Below, in pieces: positions 53,947-63,554 of a stretch of DNA of 64,000 nt (within the stretch, counting starts at the first letter, position 1; each line of letters opens with the position of its first letter). Made by a program: the position numbers and the translations under genes. The stretch spans positions 10,090 to 74,089 of the forward strand of contig JACRFA010000003.1 of assembly GCA_016218065.1 (NCBI GenBank), in the 5' to 3' direction. This DNA comes from Ignavibacteriota bacterium. GTDB taxonomy: Bacteria > Bacteroidota > Ignavibacteria > UBA10030 > UBA6906. The notes below the pieces were generated by a model. That model saw only the letters and a list, made by a program, of their open reading frames with translations. It did no database searches and was not told the DNA's origin.

Positions 53947-55011
53947 ATGGCTGCAAGCATGATCGAAATTCCCGAGAGCAAGGTTGTCGGGCAACAGAAC
54001 CTTGAAGACTTCGCGACAAAATTGTTGCAGGCGGTTGCTGTTCCACCGGATGAAGCGCGAGCTGTTGCGACGGCGCTCGTGTGGTCGGATCTGCGAGCAC
54101 GGTTTCCGCAGGGCGTCAGCCGGTTGCCGGTGTTCATACAACGAGTACAACGACAGTTGATCACGACGCCCGCCCGTCTGGGATGGACGACGGTAGCCCC
54201 GGCCGCGGCGATGTTAGACGCGCAAAACGCGTTTGGCCACATTGCCGGAAGCGCGGCGATGCGCAAAGCGATTGAGTTGGCAAAGCAGAACGGCATCGGA
54301 GCAGTGACAGTAAGCCATAGCAATCTCTATGGCGCGGCTGCATACTTCGTCTCGCTCGCTGCCGATGAACGTTGCATCGGCTTCACGTGCACGAACGCAG
54401 TCGCTAAAGTCGCGCCGTATGGCGGCATGCGAGCAGTCTTTGGAACGAATCCGCTTGCGTTCGGTTGTCCCACGTCGTCGGGAGTTCCGATTCTGATCGA
54501 TCTATCAACGAGCGCGCTCGCGGGTTCAGTCGCGCGCAATCTCGGAGAGACCGGCGGTTCGCTCCCCGAAGGCGTCGCACTCAACAAGAACGGATTCCCG
54601 ACAACGAATCCTGCAGACTTGAGTCAGGGATGTTTGTTGCCGGCGGCGGGACCGAAGGGATTTGGTTTGGGGATGATGGTGGATATTTTGTGCGGAGTCT
54701 TATCCGGCGCGGCAATGAGTCACGAAGTCGGTTCTATGTACAACACGTGGGACAAGCCCGTGAACACCGGGCATTTCTGTGGCGCAATCGATATCGGAAA
54801 ATTTCAAAACGTCGACGCGTTTCTTCAGCGCATCGATGCGATGATCGAGTGGGTACGGGCGGCCGGACCCGACGGCGAGGTCCGCTTCCCCGGAGAAATT
54901 CGCGGCGAGCACGCGGCAATGTACGCGCGCACTGGAATTCCATTGCCGCCGGAAACGGTGAAGCCGCTGGAGAAACTCGCGCACGAACTTACTGTTGCAG
55001 CGCCGTGGTGA
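53947..55011 (+). CDS. Ldh_2-family oxidoreductase (malate / L-lactate / sulfolactate dehydrogenase family 2)
   Basis: AGGAG Shine-Dalgarno site before the ATG at 53947. Contains NAFGHIAGSAAMRKAIELAKQNGIGAVTVSHSNLYGAAAYF...NPLAFG.P...PILIDLSTS...GPKGFGLGMMVDIL. Confidence 0.8.
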   Translation: MAASMIEIPESKVVGQQNLEDFATKLLQAVAVPPDEARAVATALVWSDLRARFPQGVSRLPVFIQRVQRQLITTPARLGWTTVAPAAAMLDAQNAFGHIAGSAAMRKAIELAKQNGIGAVTVSHSNLYGAAAYFVSLAADERCIGFTCTNAVAKVAPYGGMRAVFGTNPLAFGCPTSSGVPILIDLSTSALAGSVARNLGETGGSLPEGVALNKNGFPTTNPADLSQGCLLPAAGPKGFGLGMMVDILCGVLSGAAMSHEVGSMYNTWDKPVNTGHFCGAIDIGKFQNVDAFLQRIDAMIEWVRAAGPDGEVRFPGEIRGEHAAMYARTGIPLPPETVKPLEKLAHELTVAAPW

Positions 55012-55068
55012 ACGAAGCATGAGATCAAGACATAATTCATCATTCATCCCCAACAACGTGAGGTCACT

Positions 55069-56046
55069 ATGAACAACATGTTTAGCTTCGTTGCCGCCGA
55101 CTATGCAACACAGTTCGCCGAGCACGGATTCGTACACGTGCGCGGCGGGTTGACGAAAGAGTTTTACGACTTGCTCGCGAAGCAAGTCGACCGGGAAGCC
55201 AACAGGCTGAAGGACTGGGCGATTGGCAATAAGCAACAGAGTTTGTATGAGTTTCCCGAGACCGCCGACTACTATCGGCAATTGATGTCCACCATCGGCA
55301 GCGTATGCGGACTCGATCCCGAAACGCTGGCGCTCTCAGAGCGGCACATCAAGGTGTACGAGTCCGACGCGAATCCCAATCCTCAGGCGCACAAAGACCG
55401 GTATGCGTCGGAGATCTCAGTTGGCTTTTCGGTGACGGTGCCGGCAGGATCGCGACTCGTGATGTATCCGTACGACGAGCTTTGGGTGAATCCGTACAAC
55501 ACATGGGCCCGCTTGCGGGCGAGTTTGTCCGAAGATCAGATGCCCGAGAAGCGTTTGGTAGATGCGAAGAAGATCGTCATCGAAGACAAGCCGGGCGATG
55601 TGATGATCTTCCGCGGGAATTCCATCTGGCATCTTCGCGAAAATCCCGCAAACACGACCAACTTGTATCTGAAATTGAATTCGTTCAACTGCGATCCGCT
55701 CGGAGAAGATCCGTACACGACGCAAGTCCGCACGCAGACGCTTGCGCTGCTACGGAGTCCCGACGAAATTCTGAAGCGGCTCATCCCGCTTGTTGGCCGT
55801 CGAGTTGATTACTTCAACCAACAGCTTTCACGCGATTGGCAACCGGCGCATGAGGTGGTGTTCTGGGGTGAGCGCGCACTGAAACTGAATCCGTATGAAA
55901 TGAACGCGCTGAAAGTGTTGGAGTGGAACAAAACTGTCGGCAACGTGCTGTCGATCGTCAACGGAACGAGTGAGTCCACCGGTCTTGCCACAATCCGCCG
56001 ATTAGCGTCGGAAGGTGTCATCGATCTCTTTGAATCCCGAGACTAA
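55069..56046 (+). CDS. Hypothetical protein: possible Fe(II)/2-oxoglutarate (PhyH-like) dioxygenase with a C-terminal winged-helix/PqqD-like region
   Basis: Candidate HxD (AHKDRYASE) and distal His (NSIWHLREN). The C-terminal ~80 aa read VVFWGERALKLNPYEMNALKVLEWNKTVGNVLSIV...LATIRRLASEGVIDL. The assignment rests on motif recognition alone. Confidence 0.45.
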   Translation: MNNMFSFVAADYATQFAEHGFVHVRGGLTKEFYDLLAKQVDREANRLKDWAIGNKQQSLYEFPETADYYRQLMSTIGSVCGLDPETLALSERHIKVYESDANPNPQAHKDRYASEISVGFSVTVPAGSRLVMYPYDELWVNPYNTWARLRASLSEDQMPEKRLVDAKKIVIEDKPGDVMIFRGNSIWHLRENPANTTNLYLKLNSFNCDPLGEDPYTTQVRTQTLALLRSPDEILKRLIPLVGRRVDYFNQQLSRDWQPAHEVVFWGERALKLNPYEMNALKVLEWNKTVGNVLSIVNGTSESTGLATIRRLASEGVIDLFESRD

Positions 56047-56063
56047 GCGTAGGATCACAGAAG

Positions 56064-57224
56064 GTGTTGAAGCGAAGAAATGCAATCGGCAGACCCAAGG
56101 TCGCGATTCTCACAAACTATCCGTATGACGGTGTGAGTTTCACGGGCGGAGTGGAGACGGCGACGGCGGGTCTGCTTGAAGGTCTGCAGAAATTTGCCGG
56201 CGAATTTGACTTGCACGTTTTTGCGTTGGCGCGCGAACTCGACCGGCACACAGTCGAGGAACGCAACGGAATGACGTTTCATTTCATCGCCATTCCGTCG
56301 GTGTGGTACGCCCGCCCTCACCTCCTGCCAAATGTCCTGACTGCGCGTGCACAATTGAAGAAACTACAACCCGACCTCGTTCATTGCCAGGATAATATGG
56401 CGCTCGCGCTCGGGGCTATCTCTTCTCATGTTCCGCGAAAAGTCTTCACTGTGCATGGCATCAAATCTGTAGAATCGAAGCTCTGGCAAGGCCCCGAATA
56501 TTGGAGCCACCAGACTGATGCGCTTCTTGAACGATGGGTGCGGCAGCGATTCGATCAGGTGATCACGATTTCGCCGTACGTTGATCGCTTTCTGCCCATA
56601 CACGTCAGGAAGTATCACATCACGAATCCGGTGCGGAAAGTTTTTTTTGAGAATCCCCAATCGGGCGATGGTTCTCGCCGGCTGCTGTTCGTGGGAGCGC
56701 TTACGCGTCTCAAGCGACCGATGGATATCTTGCGATCTTTCGGATTGGTGAAGAAGAAGCTCGCAGATGCTTCGCTGACTATTATCGGCGTGCCGGAAGA
56801 CAAGGGCTATGAACATGAGATGAAGGGATTGATTGCAACCCGGAAGCTTCGCGATGTTGAGATGCTTGGAGCTAGAACTCAGTCGGAGGTCGCCGCGCTC
56901 ATGCGCCGGTCATCAGCGCTTGTCTTAGCGTCGGTTCAGGAGAACACGCCGATGGTGATCGCCGAAGCGATGGCGAGCGGATTGCCTGTGATTGCGTCGC
57001 GTGTCGGCGGCGTTCCGTTGATGGTTAGTGATCGCAAAGATGGACTGCTGTTTGAGTGCGGCGACATTGATCAGCTCTCAAACCTCATGATGGAAGTACT
57101 CGAAGACGAAGCCTTGCGTGCGATGCTTTCGAAGAACGGCAAGGCGCGAGCAGCCGCCGTTTACTCTGCCGACGCGGTTGCCTGTGCCACGGTCCAAGTC
57201 TATCGCACGATACTGAATACATAA
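56064..57224 (+). CDS. Glycosyltransferase family 4
   Basis: VAILTNYPYDGVSFTGGVE..., with C-terminal ENTPMVIAEAMASGLPVIASRVGGVPLMV. Confidence 0.85.
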   Translation: MLKRRNAIGRPKVAILTNYPYDGVSFTGGVETATAGLLEGLQKFAGEFDLHVFALARELDRHTVEERNGMTFHFIAIPSVWYARPHLLPNVLTARAQLKKLQPDLVHCQDNMALALGAISSHVPRKVFTVHGIKSVESKLWQGPEYWSHQTDALLERWVRQRFDQVITISPYVDRFLPIHVRKYHITNPVRKVFFENPQSGDGSRRLLFVGALTRLKRPMDILRSFGLVKKKLADASLTIIGVPEDKGYEHEMKGLIATRKLRDVEMLGARTQSEVAALMRRSSALVLASVQENTPMVIAEAMASGLPVIASRVGGVPLMVSDRKDGLLFECGDIDQLSNLMMEVLEDEALRAMLSKNGKARAAAVYSADAVACATVQVYRTILNT

Positions 57225-57230
57225 AGAGCT

Positions 57231-59462
57231 ATGCGTAAACCCGTTGTTGCACATGCTATTCGCGGTTATCTGGCCACGACAGAAACATTCGTCGGAAACC
57301 AGGTGACGACACTTTTACAGTACGACCCTGTTGTCTTGTGTCATCATCGCGGGCCGAATGCATCGTACGACATTAATGCGATGCATGTCATGGCAGAGCA
57401 CGCGGGCATTCTCGGGAAGCTCTCCTACCAGATGCTGCGAACACTTTCGCAGAGTGAAATCCGCACTGCTGTTGATTGGCTGAGAAAACAGAATCCTGCT
57501 CTCTGGCATTTTCATTTTGGCGTCGATGCGGCGTACTTCCTTCCGCTCTATCGCCGACTCGGCATTCCGGCAGTTGTGTCGCTTTATGGGTACGACGTCT
57601 CGTCGTTCCCGAACAAGATTGGAGGACTGGGAAAGCAATTCATGCGCCCGATGTTTCGCGAGATGGATTGTTTCCTGGCGATGTCGGAGGACATGAAGCG
57701 CGATGCGGTAGCAAGCGGCGCACCCGATGCGAAAGTGATTGTTCATTATCATGGCATCAATACGCAACGCTTTCGATTTGATGAGCGTTCGTACGCATCA
57801 CGCTCGCCATTCACGATCCTCTGCGTCGGAACATTGGAACCGAAGAAGGGGCAGCACCATTTGGTGAAGGCGCTTGCGGAACTCCGGCGAGAGCGACCGG
57901 ACATTCCTGCCCGCGTTGTGCTCGTCGGGACTGGGCCGTTGCAGAGTGAACTCGACGCGCTCGTCCGTCAATTCAATCTCCAACTCCATGTGGAGTTTGC
58001 CGGCTATGTGCCGCACACAAACGGCCGGCTGGAACAATACTACCAGAACGCCGATGTCTTCGTTCACTTCAGCACAACGCAGCCGGACAACGACAAGGAG
58101 GGAATTCCGGGAACGCTTGTCGAGGCCATGGCCTCCGGGTTGCCGGTCGTAACAACACGACATGCGGGCATTCCTGAAGTCGTGACGAACAATGTGAACG
58201 GCATTCTACTGGATGAGCAGGACACAGCGGGAATCGCCGGCGCATTAGTCAGGCTCTACGATTCCGAAAATCTTCGCTCGGCGCTCGGCAGGGCAGCAGC
58301 GCTTCACGCACATCAGAATCTCGATTATCGCTCGAAGACATCGGCGCTCGAATGCATCTACGAACGTGTCGTCTGCGCGCACCGTGAGAAGCTGGATCCG
58401 ATGCCGACTGTTACGATGAAAACACCGCGCAGCAAAATCTACAACATGTTGCCCCAGCGTGCGAAAGTTGTCGCGTCGGAGATGGCATTTCGATTTGCCA
58501 ATCGTCCCTACGTCCATCACAATAAGAGATATCATCCAGCGAACGGACTGGAGCGCGGCGTCGTGACGATTTCCGTTGACTTCGAACTTGCGTGGGGGTG
58601 GCAGTACGCGAAAGGACTCAGCCAGGATTGTGTCAAGATCGGCCTGCGTGAACGTGCACAGGTGCCGCTGATTCTCGCGAAGATGGATGAGTACAACATC
58701 CCTGTCACGTGGGCAACGGTGGGACATCTATTCTTGTCGAGTTGCTCCCGCGACGCCAACGGTGTTGCTCATTCCGAGTTGTATCAAATTCCACATTTTG
58801 AAAATGAGTACTGGAAGTTCACGTCCGGCGATTGGTATCAACACGATCCGTGCACGAACGTCCATCAGGATCCTGCGTGGTACGCGCCCGATCTGATCGA
58901 AATGATACTTCACGCAAAAGCAACGCACGAGATCGGCTGTCACAGCTTCTCGCATGAAGGCTTCGGGCCGTACTGTCCGAACGATGTTGCCGAAAGTAAG
59001 ATCGATGCATGTCTGAAGGTGATGAAGCCGTTCGGCATTACGCCGCGCACGTGGGTCTTTCCCGGAAACGACGTTGGCAATTTCGAAGCGCTTGCCCGAA
59101 AGGGAATGAGAACTGTCCGTTCATTCCCCATTCAACCCGCCGAGATCAGTCTTCCGATCAAACGAAGAGACGGCATGTGGGATATTCACGAATCGACGCC
59201 GATTGACCTTGAGGGTGATGGATGGGATTTGGATGAGCGACTCGGACGGCTCAAGAAATTCGTGGACAAAGCCGCTGAGACGAAGCTCGCCGCGCATATC
59301 TGGTTTCATCCATCGCTACGCGCAGAGCAGTTGCAGAACCTGTTGTTTCCATTGCTTCGCTATTGTGCAGAGCAACGAGAGAAAGGCGTGATTGATGTGT
59401 TGACTAACGACGACCTGGTCACCGCCACCGAACAAGCGCTTCTCAGAGAGGGGAAACTCTGA
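57231..59462 (+). CDS. Bifunctional fusion: GT4 glycosyltransferase (N-terminal) and polysaccharide deacetylase/CE4-like domain (C-terminal)
   Basis: The N-terminal half has GIPGTLVEAMASGLPVVTTRHAGIPEVV. The C-terminal half has VVTISVDFELAWGW, NIPVTWATVGHLF and EIGCHSFSHE, which are NodB-type motifs. Confidence 0.8.
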   Translation: MRKPVVAHAIRGYLATTETFVGNQVTTLLQYDPVVLCHHRGPNASYDINAMHVMAEHAGILGKLSYQMLRTLSQSEIRTAVDWLRKQNPALWHFHFGVDAAYFLPLYRRLGIPAVVSLYGYDVSSFPNKIGGLGKQFMRPMFREMDCFLAMSEDMKRDAVASGAPDAKVIVHYHGINTQRFRFDERSYASRSPFTILCVGTLEPKKGQHHLVKALAELRRERPDIPARVVLVGTGPLQSELDALVRQFNLQLHVEFAGYVPHTNGRLEQYYQNADVFVHFSTTQPDNDKEGIPGTLVEAMASGLPVVTTRHAGIPEVVTNNVNGILLDEQDTAGIAGALVRLYDSENLRSALGRAAALHAHQNLDYRSKTSALECIYERVVCAHREKLDPMPTVTMKTPRSKIYNMLPQRAKVVASEMAFRFANRPYVHHNKRYHPANGLERGVVTISVDFELAWGWQYAKGLSQDCVKIGLRERAQVPLILAKMDEYNIPVTWATVGHLFLSSCSRDANGVAHSELYQIPHFENEYWKFTSGDWYQHDPCTNVHQDPAWYAPDLIEMILHAKATHEIGCHSFSHEGFGPYCPNDVAESKIDACLKVMKPFGITPRTWVFPGNDVGNFEALARKGMRTVRSFPIQPAEISLPIKRRDGMWDIHESTPIDLEGDGWDLDERLGRLKKFVDKAAETKLAAHIWFHPSLRAEQLQNLLFPLLRYCAEQREKGVIDVLTNDDLVTATEQALLREGKL

Positions 59463-61336
59463 TGTGCGGCATTGCGGGAATATTTCACTATGACGCGCAG
59501 GAGCGAATCGACCGGCGTCTTCTCGAGTCGATGACTTCCACCATGGCGCACCGCGGGCCCGATGGTCATGGGTTTTACTATTCGCAGAACGGAAAGCTGG
59601 GATTTGGGCATCGCCGTCTTTCCATTATCGATCTCAGCACCGGCGACCAACCGATGTGCAACGAAGACGGCACGGTATGGATCACGTTCAACGGCGAGAT
59701 CTACAATTATCGCGAACTTCGTTCTCAGCTCAAGACGTGTGGGCACACATTCAAAACTGAGAGCGACACGGAAGTAATCATTCATGCCTACGAACAATGG
59801 GGTGAAGAGTGCGTTACGCGGTTCAACGGCATTTTTGGATTTGGTATCTGGGATGATAAGCGGCAGCGTCTCTTTCTTGCACGCGATCATTTTGGCGTGA
59901 AGCCGCTCTACTATCACGACAACGGCCATAGCGTTCTCTTTGCGTCGGAGATGAAGGCGATCGTGCATGACAAGCGCGTGTCGCGCTGCATTGACTACGA
60001 TGCCATGCACCTATGTCTCACGTTGCGCCACACGCCGTCGCCGTGGACTTTGTTTCGCAGCATCCGCAAGCTTCCGCCATCGTCCTCCATGATTGTGGAT
60101 CATCAAGGTGTGCGAACGATGTGTTACTGGAACCAGGCGCCGTTCATCAATCACAACAAACGTGAAGCTGAGTGGATTGAGGAACTTGCGAGCGCGTACC
60201 CCGCAGCGGTGAAGCGGCAGATGGTGAGCGATGCGCCCATCGGGCTTTCGTTGAGCGGCGGAGTGGATTCGAATACGCTGCTGTCGCTCATGAGCCAGGC
60301 GCAAAGTCATGTTCATACGTTTACTGTTGGATTTGAAGGCGCCGCAGAGCGCGATGACGAGCTGCATAACGCAGAAGCGGCGTCGCAATTCTACCAGGCA
60401 GATTTCGAGGGACGCAAAGTGAACGAGGACGATTACATCTCGTTCATGAACTCATATCTCTGGCATCTTGAAGAGCCGGTCGGCAACGAGTCCGCGGCAG
60501 CGTACTATTTTGTTGCGCAGCTTGCGAGCAAAAAGGTGAAAGTGCTGCTGAGTGGTCAGGGTGCAGACGAGCCGTTTGCCGGGTACGGCAGACATCTTGC
60601 AGCGCAGTATCTGCCGTATCTCCAATGGATCTCGCCCGGAGTTGCGCGGTCGTTGAGCACGTTTGTCGCGCCGCTATTCCGGAACAACGAAACGCCGGGC
60701 CGACTGCTCGATGCGCTCTCGCAGAAGAATGAAATCTGCCAGTTCTTGAGTACCTATAGCATCAACACGGAGGCAATGCGCACGCAGCTCTTCAATCCTG
60801 ATTTCGCAGTCAGAAGTGCGCCATCGGTGCTGACGGATTATGTGCGGTCGCAGTTGGCTCGAGCGCCCATGGGCACGACGCTGGAGAAGATGACCTACAT
60901 CGACAGCCGCACGTCGTTGAGCGACAATCTGCTGATGTGCGGCGATAAGATGGGAATGGCGGCGAGTGTTGAGATGCGCGTTCCGTTCCTCGATCTTGAA
61001 ATCATGAAAATCGCCGAGTCGATTCCGGGATCATTTAAGATTGGCAACTTCAAGAACAAAGTGATCCACAAGAAAGTGTGCGAGCGATGGCTTCCGCCCG
61101 CCGTCGTTCATCGACGCAAAATCGGATTCAATGAAGCGATGGGGAAATGGATGCGGCGCAATCTCGACGGCGCATTGTCGGAATTGATTGCGAGTCGCGA
61201 CTCGATCACAGCGACGATGCTCAATCCGGCGTACGTGCAACAGCTCCGCCAGGAACATGCATCCGGCAAAGCCGATCACCAACGATTTCTCTTTTTACTC
61301 CTTTCGATTGAGACATGGCGAAAGGTGTTCGCATGA
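59462..61336 (+). CDS. asnB: Asparagine synthase (glutamine-hydrolysing) family amidotransferase
   Basis: MCGIAGIF N-terminal nucleophile, GHRRLSIIDLS, and SLSGGVDS PP-loop. Confidence 0.9.
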   Translation: MCGIAGIFHYDAQERIDRRLLESMTSTMAHRGPDGHGFYYSQNGKLGFGHRRLSIIDLSTGDQPMCNEDGTVWITFNGEIYNYRELRSQLKTCGHTFKTESDTEVIIHAYEQWGEECVTRFNGIFGFGIWDDKRQRLFLARDHFGVKPLYYHDNGHSVLFASEMKAIVHDKRVSRCIDYDAMHLCLTLRHTPSPWTLFRSIRKLPPSSSMIVDHQGVRTMCYWNQAPFINHNKREAEWIEELASAYPAAVKRQMVSDAPIGLSLSGGVDSNTLLSLMSQAQSHVHTFTVGFEGAAERDDELHNAEAASQFYQADFEGRKVNEDDYISFMNSYLWHLEEPVGNESAAAYYFVAQLASKKVKVLLSGQGADEPFAGYGRHLAAQYLPYLQWISPGVARSLSTFVAPLFRNNETPGRLLDALSQKNEICQFLSTYSINTEAMRTQLFNPDFAVRSAPSVLTDYVRSQLARAPMGTTLEKMTYIDSRTSLSDNLLMCGDKMGMAASVEMRVPFLDLEIMKIAESIPGSFKIGNFKNKVIHKKVCERWLPPAVVHRRKIGFNEAMGKWMRRNLDGALSELIASRDSITATMLNPAYVQQLRQEHASGKADHQRFLFLLLSIETWRKVFA

Positions 61337-62508
61337 ATCGACGGCCGCTCCGCGTAGCCATGGTTGCTTACGCAAACTACTTCACCGATGCGCGCATCAA
61401 GAACTACGTCGACGCGCTGCTTGATGCCGGCGCTTCAGTGGATGTGTTCGCTCTCGGGCGAGAACGCGGCGAGCAGCAGTTTGGAAATCTTTACGTTAAG
61501 AATGTGGGAGTGAAGTACACGGGCGCCGGCGCGGTCGGATACATTACGGCGCAACTTGTTTTTCTCGTGCAGGCAATAGTGCATCTGGCCCGCAGATCTA
61601 TGAAAGGAAAGTACGATATCATTCACGCGCACAACATGCCCGACGTGATTGCGCTCGCAGGCTTGCCTTTCAAGCTTTTCGGCACGAAGGTCATTCTCGA
61701 TGTACACGACACGATGCCGGAAGCGTATGCGACGAAGTATGGCTATGCCCTCGACGGCTGGCCTGTGAAGCTGCTCATCGGCGAAGAGTTGGTTTCAGCA
61801 TTCTGCTCCGACCGAGTGATTACCACAAACCGAATGCACAAGGAAGTCCTTGCCGGGCACGGCATTCCGGATCGGAAGATCGATCTGATCTACAATGTCG
61901 GTAACGGAAAAATCTTCAAGCCGCGACGTCACTCGCAGAACGGAAGCGAGTTGTGGCTTGGGTATCACGGCACCGTGGCGCGTCGGCTCGGCGTGCTGCT
62001 GATTGTTGACGCGTTGGCATTGGTGAAGAGTGAATGTCCGGGTGTTCGCTTCCTGTGTGTGGGGGAAGGAGATGATCGCGATGAGATGGAGCGACGCGCC
62101 AATGAAAAAGGCGTTGCCGATATGATCGAGTGGCGTCCGTTCACCGATGTTGAAAAGCTTCCAGAGGTTCTGCAGAAGGTTCAGGTCGGCGTCATCGGCA
62201 ACCTGCGCGATACGGAGATGAAGCGCAACTACATGCTGCCGGTGAAGATGTTGGAGTACGCGGCAATGGAGATTCCGACCATCGTGCCACGCTTGAAGAT
62301 CATCGAGCGATACTTCGATGATTCATCGGCGTTCTTCTACGAGACTGATGACGCGTGCTCGCTTGCGCAAGTGATTCGGTCAATCTACAATGACCGCGGC
62401 TTGATTTGTAGTCGCGTTGATGGATTGCGACGGTTCAATGTCGAGTACAATTGGGATGTCATGGCGAAGCGCTATCTGACCATGATCGGGGAGCTTGTCG
62501 GGTCATGA
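61333..62508 (+). CDS. Glycosyltransferase (GT4/GT-B type)
   Basis: The ATG at 61333 forms an ATGA overlap with the asnB stop codon. Contains RVAMVAYANYFTDARI..., HAHNMPD and MLEYAAMEIPTIVPRL. Confidence 0.8.
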   Translation: MNRRPLRVAMVAYANYFTDARIKNYVDALLDAGASVDVFALGRERGEQQFGNLYVKNVGVKYTGAGAVGYITAQLVFLVQAIVHLARRSMKGKYDIIHAHNMPDVIALAGLPFKLFGTKVILDVHDTMPEAYATKYGYALDGWPVKLLIGEELVSAFCSDRVITTNRMHKEVLAGHGIPDRKIDLIYNVGNGKIFKPRRHSQNGSELWLGYHGTVARRLGVLLIVDALALVKSECPGVRFLCVGEGDDRDEMERRANEKGVADMIEWRPFTDVEKLPEVLQKVQVGVIGNLRDTEMKRNYMLPVKMLEYAAMEIPTIVPRLKIIERYFDDSSAFFYETDDACSLAQVIRSIYNDRGLICSRVDGLRRFNVEYNWDVMAKRYLTMIGELVGS

Positions 62509-63548
62509 TGAAGAAGGGCGTTCACATAATCGATCCCTGCACATCGGACCTCTGGCTTCGCTTCGTGAGCGATCATCCGCAGGCAAGCATCTTTCATCAT
62601 CCTGTCTGGATGCGCATGTTGCGCGATACCTACGACTACAAGTTCTTCGCCGTTTGTCAAAGCGATGGTGAGAACATCGTTGCAGGAATTCCGTTCGCCG
62701 ATATCCGAAGCATGCTCACGGGCAAGCGATGGGTGTCGCTGCCGTTCTCGGACTTCTGTCGGCCATTGCTGCCGCCCGACGAAACCGACGCGACGGAAGA
62801 GCTTGTCGAATATTTGCGCCCGCATCTTGGCCGCGACGTCCCCAAGATCGAAATCCGTTGGGACATCAAGACAACGACACAGCACTACGCTGATGCGTCA
62901 TTCGTCCATCACACTCTTGCGTTGCATGGAGACGCTGATGCTGTCTTCAAGACGTTTGATAAATCAAAAGTCCAGCGCGACGTGCGCAAAGCCGAGCGTG
63001 ATGGCATCGTCGTGAAGCGCTGCTCGTCACTCGATGACTTTCTGCATTTCTATCGACTGCAGGTGACGACGAGAAAGCGGCATGGCGTTCCCGCACAGCC
63101 GTTGAAATTCTTCAAAGCGGTGTGGGAACAGATTCTTCAGTCCGGCTTTGGATTTGCAACGCTTGCCTACAAGGATGATCGCTTGCTCGGCGGCGCAGTC
63201 TTCTTCCATTTTGGAAAGACCATGTACTACAAATATGGGGCGTCGGATTTTTCGTTGAAGGCGTTGCATCCGAACCACGCATTGCTGTGGGACGCAATTC
63301 GCAACGCCTCCACCGATGGTTATACGACGTTCGACTTTGGCCGATCGGAAATCGAGAACGAAGGGCTCCGGCGTTTCAAGAATGGCTGGGGAACGACAGA
63401 GAGCGCATTGCACTATACGGTGTTTTCCACTGATGCACCGAAAGCCGGTCCGTCAAGAATGAAGGGTGTCATGGAGGCGGTCATTCGGAACTCGCCCGAC
63501 TTTGTCTGCGTGTTGAGCGGCAACGTGTTGTACAAACATTTTGCGTGA
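62505..63548 (+). CDS. FemAB-like / GNAT (Acetyltransf_6-type) family protein
   Basis: The ATG at 62505 forms an ATGA overlap with the upstream stop codon. Contains WLRFVSDHPQASIFHHPVWMRML, LLGGAVFFHFGKTMYYKYGASD, LLWDAIRNA...GYTTFDFGRSE...GLRRFKNGWG. Confidence 0.7.
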   Translation: MMKKGVHIIDPCTSDLWLRFVSDHPQASIFHHPVWMRMLRDTYDYKFFAVCQSDGENIVAGIPFADIRSMLTGKRWVSLPFSDFCRPLLPPDETDATEELVEYLRPHLGRDVPKIEIRWDIKTTTQHYADASFVHHTLALHGDADAVFKTFDKSKVQRDVRKAERDGIVVKRCSSLDDFLHFYRLQVTTRKRHGVPAQPLKFFKAVWEQILQSGFGFATLAYKDDRLLGGAVFFHFGKTMYYKYGASDFSLKALHPNHALLWDAIRNASTDGYTTFDFGRSEIENEGLRRFKNGWGTTESALHYTVFSTDAPKAGPSRMKGVMEAVIRNSPDFVCVLSGNVLYKHFA

Positions 63549-63554
63549 ACCCCG

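Noticed and set aside
59462-61336. AsnB homologue as a lasso-peptide cyclase (given the PqqD-like region nearby)
   Set aside because: It keeps the N-terminal MCGIAG glutaminase nucleophile and the full-length AsnB layout typical of EPS-locus amidotransferases. No B2 protease or precursor gene is adjacent.
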